Below are positions 21,762 to 29,028 of a stretch of 32,000 nt of DNA, piece after piece. Every line of letters begins with the position of its first letter. Position 1 is the first letter of the stretch. The stretch is from Nitrosomonas europaea (GTDB lineage Bacteria > Pseudomonadota > Gammaproteobacteria > Burkholderiales > Nitrosomonadaceae). The stretch is from contig NZ_FUWK01000004.1 in NCBI RefSeq assembly GCF_900167395.1, forward strand, positions 103,435 through 135,434. Direction: 5' to 3'. Below the pieces are notes generated by a model. The model did not search any database, had not been told where the DNA came from, and saw only the letters and a list, made by a program, of their open reading frames with translations. The position numbers and the translations under genes are program-made.

Positions 21762-21837
21762 CACTAACATTATAGACACTACCGTTCGAATCATGAAACC
21801 CGTGATCTGGTATGCAGCAAGATGAGCAAAGAAAGTC

Positions 21838-23583
21838 TCATCGCCCAAAACGCGATGCTGTCAGGGTTATATCAGCATGCTCCCAGGCTTTTTTGAAGCG
21901 TGCCTCTATAACTTTCGCCTCAGCTTCCTTTTTCTGAGCAATCAGAGCCTGCTGCAATCCAAAGAGCGCCCAACCATTGTCACGATTGCGCTTCAGATCT
22001 TCCCAGTAAACTGTTTCTGCTTCATCCGGACGCCCTGCTTTCAGCAGAATGGCACCCAATGCGAGCCGCGGTGGATAGTGCCATTCGGCCGGCTCCGTAT
22101 ACACCAGCGCATCTTCGTAGCGGACGGCCCGTTCAAGATGTGCAACCGCAGATTCATATCTCCCGCGAGCAGCGGCGATCTCGCCCGCCAGCACTTCAGG
22201 ACCGATCCTCAAAATATCGTATGCCGTATTTCTTGAAAGTAACGGATTATCAAGAGCAGCACGATTCTTTACGATTCTGCGCAACTGTTGCAGCTCTCTT
22301 TCGGCTCGCTGTGACTGCTTCGTCGCCACATAGGCCAACCCGCGTACATAATGCCAGCTTCCCTTGAGAAACGCGTTGAATGCAGGAGGTGCAGGCTCGG
22401 CAAGTATTGCCTGCCATTGCCCAAAGCGCGCAAGCGCCCAGTAAGGTACTACACGAAAGATGGCTGTAAACGGCATTTCACGCAGCAATGCATCATCTAC
22501 CTTGCTGGCGGCTTTCTGCGCACTTTCAAGTGCCAGTGCACGCTGGCCACTGGCAGTCGCAGCAAACCAGAGGAAATGAATGTTGTGCGGATAATACGCC
22601 ATCGGGTACAACCCCGGAGCATGAGACTGTCCCATGTAATGTTCATCCGCTGCAATCGCCAGCTGATTACTCTTCACGGAATCCGCATAGCGGCCGACCC
22701 GCTGAAAAATATGGGAAGACATGTGAACCATATGCCCGGCACCCGGCATCAGGGTCATCAGTGTATCGGCTGCATGCTCGGCACGTTCCGGTGTATTTGT
22801 GGGTTCCATCAGATGAATGTACATGTGCAGCGCACCGGGGTGAACCGGGTGGCGACGCAATACGTCTTCAGTCACTGCCACGATTTCATCTGTCCCCTCA
22901 TGAGGATGACCATCCCGCATCCAGTAATCCCACGGGCGAAGATCCATCATGGATTCCACATAGAGCACAGCGATATCCGCATCATCCGGAAAACTGCGAT
23001 ACACTTCTCGCATGGCATCAGCATAGGCTTTGTCATTTGCCTTGCGATCTTCATCTGCCCCTGAATAACGTTTCTTCAACGCCCGGATCAAGGCCTGCTC
23101 CCTGGGGGATGCAGATACCATGAGCGATTCTGCCTGTTTAACCAGTTCCAGAGCACGAGGCTCATCGGCAGGATCCATCAGTGCATTGACATTCGGACCG
23201 AGTACCAGTGCCTGTCCCCAGTAAGCCATCGCAAGCCCTGGATCCAGCTGCGCAGCTTCCTGAAAGGCGCGACCTGCTTCAGCATGGTTGAAGCCATAAG
23301 CAAGACTGAGGCCCTGATTGATGAACAACTGTGCCCATTCATGCTGCGTACTGACCGGAAATGAATGCGTTCCGAGATTCTGTAACCGGGAAGCAAGCTG
23401 GTCGCCGGACAGCGGCTGATCTGCGAGAGCCGACAGCTCACGAGATCGATGTTCTACCGTAGATACTTCATGTTTTTCGTGATGTCCGGCTGCATTTTCG
23501 TCAGACTGGATCGTTGAACAGGAAACACTGACAACCGCTGACAGCAGCCCCACCACAAGAGAATTAAAAGCACGGGTTTTCAT
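21838..23583 (-). CDS. Secreted, possibly lipoprotein, tetratricopeptide-repeat protein of unknown function
   Basis: The 581-aa product has an N-terminal signal sequence ending ...VSVSCS. TPR-like helical repeats occur throughout, for example the AxxYW/GQAL patterns. A strong AAGGAGAG RBS precedes the start. Confidence 0.8.
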   Translation of the reverse strand: MKTRAFNSLVVGLLSAVVSVSCSTIQSDENAAGHHEKHEVSTVEHRSRELSALADQPLSGDQLASRLQNLGTHSFPVSTQHEWAQLFINQGLSLAYGFNHAEAGRAFQEAAQLDPGLAMAYWGQALVLGPNVNALMDPADEPRALELVKQAESLMVSASPREQALIRALKKRYSGADEDRKANDKAYADAMREVYRSFPDDADIAVLYVESMMDLRPWDYWMRDGHPHEGTDEIVAVTEDVLRRHPVHPGALHMYIHLMEPTNTPERAEHAADTLMTLMPGAGHMVHMSSHIFQRVGRYADSVKSNQLAIAADEHYMGQSHAPGLYPMAYYPHNIHFLWFAATASGQRALALESAQKAASKVDDALLREMPFTAIFRVVPYWALARFGQWQAILAEPAPPAFNAFLKGSWHYVRGLAYVATKQSQRAERELQQLRRIVKNRAALDNPLLSRNTAYDILRIGPEVLAGEIAAARGRYESAVAHLERAVRYEDALVYTEPAEWHYPPRLALGAILLKAGRPDEAETVYWEDLKRNRDNGWALFGLQQALIAQKKEAEAKVIEARFKKAWEHADITLTASRFGR

Positions 23584-23714
23584 ATACCTCTCCTTGAAAA
23601 TATTTTTTACAGTTGCGCGGCGGTCTTCTCTATTGGTATTGATACATTTTGATTCTGGACCTTATGCCCGTGAATTTCAAATCAATGATACTTAAATTGT
23701 TTCATTTCACACAT

Positions 23715-23751
23715 TTTCTGTGTTAAAAATAACAGTATATAATTTTTAACA
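23715..23751 (+). promoter_or_regulatory. Candidate promoter and palindromic operator of the Xre/RES toxin-antitoxin operon
   Basis: A TATAAT -10 lies at 23738-23743 with a weak -35 around 23715-23721. A perfect 10-bp inverted repeat, TGTTAAAAAT (23721-23730) and ATTTTTAACA (23742-23751), brackets the -10. Confidence 0.4.
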
Positions 23752-23775
23752 TCAATTCAAAACGAGGAACAGGCC

Positions 23776-24171
23776 ATGACAGCCATTACCAGACGGGAGG
23801 AAAGTACATCCCGAGATCGTGGCGCACTCGCCAAGATGATCATGACATTGCTCGATCACTGGCAATTGAGCACGGAAGATCAGGCAGCCCTGTTGGGTAT
23901 CGCTGCCAGTAACCGGACTGCACTGGCACGCTATCGTAAAGGCGAAGCCATTGGCACCAGCCGGGATCAGTACGAGCGGGTCGGCCACCTGTTGGGAATC
24001 CATAAGAATCTGCGTTTGCTATTTCCGCAGAATCGAGATCTGGTATACCGCTGGATGACCACTCGTAACAAGGCATTCGACAACTTGACCCCAGTCGAGG
24101 TGATCAAGGAATGGGGTTTTGCCGGATTGCTGATGGTACGAGGTTACCTGGATCGTGCTCGTGGTATTTGA
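23776..24171 (+). CDS. Xre-like antitoxin with a MbcA/ParS-type (DUF2384) toxin-binding domain
   Basis: The 131-aa product has an N-terminal HTH-like region and the C-terminal [28 protein letters not shown] motif. It lies directly upstream of a RES-domain gene. Confidence 0.85.
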   Translation: MTAITRREESTSRDRGALAKMIMTLLDHWQLSTEDQAALLGIAASNRTALARYRKGEAIGTSRDQYERVGHLLGIHKNLRLLFPQNRDLVYRWMTTRNKAFDNLTPVEVIKEWGFAGLLMVRGYLDRARGI

Positions 24172-24172
24172 A

Positions 24173-24889
24173 ATGCGTTCTCTATTCGCTCAACTGACTT
24201 TGACCGATGTTCACCAGGATATCGCCAGAAACATTGTATCTCTGCGTCAGTCACAAAACCTGTTTGATGACCTGACGGATGATCCGGCCGGATGGCTTCT
24301 GGCACAGAAAGTAGAAGCCGAGATCAAGCCACCGCCATATCGATCATATACCCCCATCATTGATCGACCTTTCGAAGATGCCGAGTGGTTCAATGCCATA
24401 ATCTGGCCATTCAAGTATTGGCAATCCAGCCGGTTTTCAGATGGAACACACGGGATCTGGTACGGTTCAGAATCGGTTGAAACTACGGTCTACGAATCGG
24501 CATATCACTGGTATCGTGGCTTGTTGAGCGATGCGGGATATGAACATGAAGCTGTTGTCGCTGAGCGAAAAGTTTACTCGGTCGCTTGCAGCGCAGCCTT
24601 ACTGGATTTTCGAAAGATCACCGAAGAATACACCGATTTGTTACACCCTTCTGATTACACATTGACCCAGTCAGTAGGAGCCCGAATTCATCGAGAGGGG
24701 CACCCGGGACTGTTGATTCAATCTGTCCGCAGATCATCGGGTGAAAATATGGCCATATTCAATCCAGGCGTGTTATCCAATCCAAGACACAACTGCCAGC
24801 TGACTTATTGGCTCGAAGGTAATCAGATCAAGGTGGAAAAGCATCCGGGTACGGTATGGATCACCATGGATATAGCGACTTTTGGTTGA
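24173..24889 (+). CDS. RES-domain toxin (MbcT/ParT-like enzyme family)
   Basis: It has R...E...S signature residues (SRFSDG...[14 protein letters not shown]...LLIQSVR). It starts 1 nt after the antitoxin stop. An alternative GTG at 24155 overlaps the antitoxin. Confidence 0.85.
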   Translation: MRSLFAQLTLTDVHQDIARNIVSLRQSQNLFDDLTDDPAGWLLAQKVEAEIKPPPYRSYTPIIDRPFEDAEWFNAIIWPFKYWQSSRFSDGTHGIWYGSESVETTVYESAYHWYRGLLSDAGYEHEAVVAERKVYSVACSAALLDFRKITEEYTDLLHPSDYTLTQSVGARIHREGHPGLLIQSVRRSSGENMAIFNPGVLSNPRHNCQLTYWLEGNQIKVEKHPGTVWITMDIATFG

Positions 24890-24991
24890 CATTCTCTTTT
24901 CCCCTTCAAATTGAGGCTGTCAATGAGATATATCTGATATCTGCGCAAAATGGATGTTTTACGTTTTACATTTCTTTACAGGAGAAACATC

Positions 24992-26041
24992 ATGACAATC
25001 AAAGCCTATGGCGCCCGCGCGGGCGACCTTCCCCTCGAGCCAATGAACATCACCCGGCGCACGCCAAGTGCGCACGATGTGCAGATCGACATCACCCACT
25101 GCGGCGTGTGCCATTCGGATCTGCACCAGGTGCGCTCCGAGTGGGCGGGCACGCTTTACCCCTGTGTGCCGGGGCACGAGATCGTCGGCCGCATCACCGC
25201 CGTAGGCGCACAAGTATCGGGCTACAAGCCGGGTGATCTGGTCGGTGTCGGCTGCATCGTCGATAGCTGCCAGCACTGTGCCGATTGCAATGACGGGTTG
25301 GAAAACTACTGCGACCACATGGTCCTCACCTATAATGGCCCGACATCCGACGCACCCGGTCACACGCTGGGCGGTTACTCTCAACAGATCGTGGTACACG
25401 AGCGCTACGTGCTGCGCATCCGCCATTCTGAAGCGCAACTGGCCGCCGTCGCGCCGCTGCTGTGCGCAGGCATCACCACCTGGTCACCGCTGCGCCACTG
25501 GAAAGTGGGGCCGGGCCAAAAGGTCGGAGTAGTCGGTATCGGCGGCCTGGGCCACATGGGCATCAAGCTGGCACATGCGATGGGTGCATACGTGGTCGCG
25601 TTCACTACATCCGAATCCAAGCGCGAGGCAGCCAGAGCACTGGGCGCGCATGAGACGGTGGTCTCACGTAATCCCGATGAAATGGCCAGGCACGTTGGAA
25701 GCCTCGACTTCATCCTCAACACCGTAGCCGCATCACATGACCTCGATGCATTTTTTGCGCTGCTCAAACGCGACGGCACGATGGCGCTGGTGGGTGCCCC
25801 TGCCACGCCACACCCTTCGCCCAACGTGTTCAACCTGATCATGAAGCGCCGCAGCCTGGCAGGTTCACTGATCGGTGGTATCTCCGAAACACAGGAGATG
25901 CTGGATTTCTGCGCCAAACACAACATCGTCGCCGACGTCGAAATGATCCGCATCGATGAAATCAACGAAGCTTATGAGCGCATGCTCAAGGGTGATGTAA
26001 AGTACCGCTTCGTTATCGATTGCGCTTCGCTCACAGCCTAA
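24992..26041 (+). CDS. Zn-dependent NAD(P) alcohol dehydrogenase (cinnamyl-alcohol/YahK-like MDR)
   Basis: It has the GVCHSDLH catalytic-zinc motif, the structural-zinc Cys cluster CQHCADCNDGLENYC and the Rossmann motif GVVGIGGLGH. A GGAGA RBS precedes the ATG at 24992. Confidence 0.92.
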   Translation: MTIKAYGARAGDLPLEPMNITRRTPSAHDVQIDITHCGVCHSDLHQVRSEWAGTLYPCVPGHEIVGRITAVGAQVSGYKPGDLVGVGCIVDSCQHCADCNDGLENYCDHMVLTYNGPTSDAPGHTLGGYSQQIVVHERYVLRIRHSEAQLAAVAPLLCAGITTWSPLRHWKVGPGQKVGVVGIGGLGHMGIKLAHAMGAYVVAFTTSESKREAARALGAHETVVSRNPDEMARHVGSLDFILNTVAASHDLDAFFALLKRDGTMALVGAPATPHPSPNVFNLIMKRRSLAGSLIGGISETQEMLDFCAKHNIVADVEMIRIDEINEAYERMLKGDVKYRFVIDCASLTA

Positions 26042-26057
26042 ATGGAGAAACAGCTAA

Positions 26058-26198
26058 GGAACCTCTGAAAAACGTCAGCGAGGCAGTCAGTTCAAGGCAA
26101 AAATCGGCGAGAAAGCGGAGTTTATACATAATAAATGAGCATTTTGATGCCGACTTTTAACGCAGAAATGGCAACACAGGTAGTTTTTCAGAGGTTCC
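26058..26198. repeat. 141-bp intergenic element bounded by perfect 16-bp inverted repeats (MITE-like or long imperfect palindrome)
   Basis: GGAACCTCTGAAAAAC at 26058-26073 is the exact reverse complement of 26183-26198. An imperfect internal dyad is also present (AAAAATCGGC vs GCCGACTTTT). Confidence 0.6.
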
Positions 26199-26266
26199 CT
26201 AATAGTAAGAGGAAGGGCACAAAATCGATTTTCATACCTTAAGTACAGAAAAATTTCGGAGTGAAT

Positions 26267-26899
26267 ATGCCAACAGTTGATCAGAGTTTCCCAAGTTTTT
26301 TTAATGACGCTCCTACCGTAACACTGCAAGATCCACTGGCCCGGTTTCTCGGGGCAGCGCACGACGGGATCATGGAATATCAGTATGTCGATGCGGTGCG
26401 ACTGGCAGGACACTCCTGCCCCACCGTAGCGGGCACCTGGCTGATGACGGTGCATGGCCTGCGTGCGCTGTACGGTGACGCCTTACCGGTGCGCGGCGAG
26501 ATCGAGGTTTATATGGCCGATGCGCGTGATGCTGGCACCACGGGTGTCATGGCGACTGTGGCACAACTCGTCACCGGTGCAGCGCCGGAAACAGGTTTTC
26601 AAGGCATTGGTGGACGCTTCGGGCGTAACGACTTGCTGCATTTCGATCAGCCGATGCAAGGGTCGATAGGTCTGCGCCGTAAAGACACAGGTGCGGCGGT
26701 ACAGGTAGAGCTCGATGCCTCGGTCGTACCCTGGCCGGACGAAATGCGCGTACTTCTCCCCAAGGCAGTAAGCGGGCAGGCCAGCACGGCGGAACTGCAA
26801 CGTTTCGGCGAGCTGTGGCAGGAGCGCGTGTGCAAAATGCTGGTCGATCATGCTGACGATGTCAATCTGGTACGAGTGAGCAACTGGGCTGTGGATTGA
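26267..26899 (+). CDS. Conserved hypothetical protein with weak FmdE-like similarity
   Basis: The ORF is clean, with GC-rich codon usage and a GGAG RBS 5 nt before the ATG at 26267. The AGHSCPTVAG motif resembles the GHxCPG motif of FmdE-family proteins. The functional call is tentative. Confidence 0.55.
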   Translation: MPTVDQSFPSFFNDAPTVTLQDPLARFLGAAHDGIMEYQYVDAVRLAGHSCPTVAGTWLMTVHGLRALYGDALPVRGEIEVYMADARDAGTTGVMATVAQLVTGAAPETGFQGIGGRFGRNDLLHFDQPMQGSIGLRRKDTGAAVQVELDASVVPWPDEMRVLLPKAVSGQASTAELQRFGELWQERVCKMLVDHADDVNLVRVSNWAVD

Positions 26900-27079
26900 T
26901 TGGCTTCACGAGAGCAAGTCACACCACTCATCGCCGTCTTCGCAAATTACGGTCCATCTTCGCGAAGCTCTGCCAGCCATGACGATCCAATGCCTTCATC
27001 ACTGCCACTGCTGGATTGCTTCATACCTGACGGCATTCGCAAAGATGATAATGACGGCGCCAGTATTCGCGAAATTTGG

Positions 27080-27098
27080 CGTAATGATAACCATTTGC
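27080..27098. promoter_or_regulatory. Candidate Fur box upstream of the ECF sigma gene
   Basis: CGTAATGATAACCATTTGC matches 14 of 19 positions of GATAATGATAATCATTATC by manual alignment. It lies about 50 bp upstream of the sigma start. A partial GATGATAATGA element lies at about 27044-27054. Confidence 0.5.
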
Positions 27099-27147
27099 GA
27101 CAATAAAATCTTCACACCGTACACTTTTTACATAATCTCATTCCGCA

Positions 27148-27657
27148 ATGCCCCGTCACCGTATTTCCGGAATAAACTGGCTCGCTCATTACAATGAGCT
27201 GATCCGGTTCTGGACACGCAAAACAGGTTCTCGCGGTGATGTGGAAGATGCGACGCACGACGTCATCACCAAACTGCTGGAAAGCAACGTCTCCACTATT
27301 TCCAGCCCGCGCAGTTATCTGCACAGCAGTATCCGTAACCGACTGACCGATAGTTACCGGCAAAATAAAATACTGGATCTGGTACCGATTCATGATTTAC
27401 CGGAAGACAGTCATCCTCTCCAGCCGAACGATCCGGTAACGCACACCTGTACCATGCAGCTGTTAACTGCACTGAAGGAAGCCCTGCAGGAACTCCCCCT
27501 GAAATGTCGTCAGGTCTTCATCTGGCACCGGCTGGAAGGATATTCCCAGACAGAGATTGCTGAAAAACTGGATATCTCGGTCAATATGGTCGAAAAATAC
27601 ATGATCAGAGCCACCCGCCATCTGCGTGACCGGTTACAGGATCACATCCCGGACTGA
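27148..27657 (+). CDS. fecI: ECF sigma factor, FecI-type (iron-starvation group)
   Basis: The 169-aa product has a region 2 (DVEDATHDVITKLL, SYLHSSIRNRLTDSYR) and a region 4 HTH (GYSQTEIAEKLDISVNMVEKYM). A fecR-like gene follows. Confidence 0.9.
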   Translation: MPRHRISGINWLAHYNELIRFWTRKTGSRGDVEDATHDVITKLLESNVSTISSPRSYLHSSIRNRLTDSYRQNKILDLVPIHDLPEDSHPLQPNDPVTHTCTMQLLTALKEALQELPLKCRQVFIWHRLEGYSQTEIAEKLDISVNMVEKYMIRATRHLRDRLQDHIPD

Positions 27658-27752
27658 TTCAGGATTCTGATATTGCCAAACGTCTCACTTTATGAGGGAA
27701 TACCGGATATCCTTGGTTTCTTCCCTGCTGTTTCAGGTAAATCGGCCCGGTT

Positions 27753-28757
27753 ATGAACCGAAAACATTCAGATATTCCCGCCCATCCACGCGACGCAGCC
27801 GCCTATTGGTTCGCCCGCGTCCATTCAGGCAGTTTTACTCAGTCTGATCAGGAAGCTTTTGACAGCTGGCTGCAGGCAGACGATCTGAACAGGAAAGAAT
27901 ATCAGGCCCTCGATAAAATCTGGCAGGTAGCCGGCCAGATATCCGCCCATGAGCTGCGGGCCATGCTGGCCGAAGAACCCGAGCCCCCGCAACAGATTCA
28001 GAAACGGCTGAAACGCTGGCGCCTGACGATCAGTGCCGTTGCCGCAACGATCATTATCGTTATCGGGTTTGCCGGCCTGTTCATGCCATACGGCTGGCTG
28101 GGTGAACCGTTTTATACCGCTGAATATGTCACTGATCGTGGTGAACGCCGCACGGAAGTACTGCCTGACGGATCGATCTTGGAAATCAATACCCAGACCA
28201 CTGCCCTCGTCGAATACTTCGAGAATCGCCGTAATGTCCGGCTGGCCGGCGGAGAGATCATGTTCTCGGTGGAAACCGATGCTGCCCGTCCGTTTACCGT
28301 GGATGCGGGATCAGGAACAGTGCTGGTAACCGGCACGCGCTTCAACGTGCTGCGTGATCAGGACCAGGTACAGATTGCAGTCGAATCAGGTTCGGTCGAA
28401 ATCAGTTCAGGCCACTGGTGGAACCGGCGCACTGAACAACTGACAGATGGCCTGGGCGCGCAGATCGACCCGGACAGCATGACACCCGCCAGCCCGGCTG
28501 ATATTGACACGCTCACCGCATGGCGCCAGGGAAAAATAATCTTCAAGGATCAGCCGCTGGCAAGTGTCGTCAAAGAAATGAATCGTTATTTACCACAACC
28601 CATCACCATCACCGATCATCGTCTCGATCAGGTACGCATCGCTGGTGTGTTCAATACCGGTGATTCGGCTGCCTTCCTGCAGGCACTGCATAAAAGTATC
28701 CCGGTGCAAGTCATCCTGCATGCCGATGGCAGTACCGAACTATCCCTTCCCCGATAA
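27753..28757 (+). CDS. fecR: FecR-family transmembrane anti-sigma/sensor protein
   Basis: It has an N-terminal sigma-binding region (AAAYWFARVHSG...EAFDSWL), a single TM helix (LTISAVAATIIIVIGFAGLF), and a periplasmic FecR domain with a C-terminal STN-interacting region. Confidence 0.9.
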   Translation: MNRKHSDIPAHPRDAAAYWFARVHSGSFTQSDQEAFDSWLQADDLNRKEYQALDKIWQVAGQISAHELRAMLAEEPEPPQQIQKRLKRWRLTISAVAATIIIVIGFAGLFMPYGWLGEPFYTAEYVTDRGERRTEVLPDGSILEINTQTTALVEYFENRRNVRLAGGEIMFSVETDAARPFTVDAGSGTVLVTGTRFNVLRDQDQVQIAVESGSVEISSGHWWNRRTEQLTDGLGAQIDPDSMTPASPADIDTLTAWRQGKIIFKDQPLASVVKEMNRYLPQPITITDHRLDQVRIAGVFNTGDSAAFLQALHKSIPVQVILHADGSTELSLPR

Positions 28758-29028
28758 TTTCCCTCGCATAGATTTTCTGCCGGAATTAGCGCATCCCCCG
28801 CTACCCCGTCTTTACGAGCCACGCAGTGGCGCGGTAATCCAGAAAACATCGTCACAACAGGAATAATGGCAACTTCATATACCACCTGCCCAAATTCCAT
28901 TCAGGGTTTTATCACATTCATTCGTCTTAGCTGAAGAAGGGACAAATTTCTCTATACCGGTAGAAATCCCTTCCCGAAAAAAATCTCGGCAAAAAAGCCA
29001 ACCACCTATTTCAATCAGGGGAAACTTC

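Noticed and set aside
22059-23123. Plus-strand ORFs of 102-237 aa antisense to the TPR gene
   Set aside because: They are nested antisense frames with His/Arg/Cys-rich, non-protein-like composition.
25405-25965. 186-aa minus-strand ORF and other alternative frames within the ADH gene
   Set aside because: These are GC-rich antisense frames. The ADH frame carries all the diagnostic zinc and Rossmann motifs.
26058-26198. Interpretation of the 141-bp palindromic element as an integron attC site, since it follows a gene directly and is an imperfect palindrome of the right size
   Set aside because: I could not find the RYYYAAC and GTTRRRY core sites at its ends, and no integrase gene is present in the window.
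26087-26455. 122-aa minus-strand ORF across the palindromic element and the start of the FmdE-like gene
   Set aside because: It overlaps the better-supported plus-strand ORF and the repeat element. It has no RBS or motif.
26900-27197. 68-aa and 72-aa plus-strand ORFs between the FmdE-like gene and fecI
   Set aside because: They overlap each other and the Fur-box/promoter region, have non-ATG or weak starts, and show no recognisable features.
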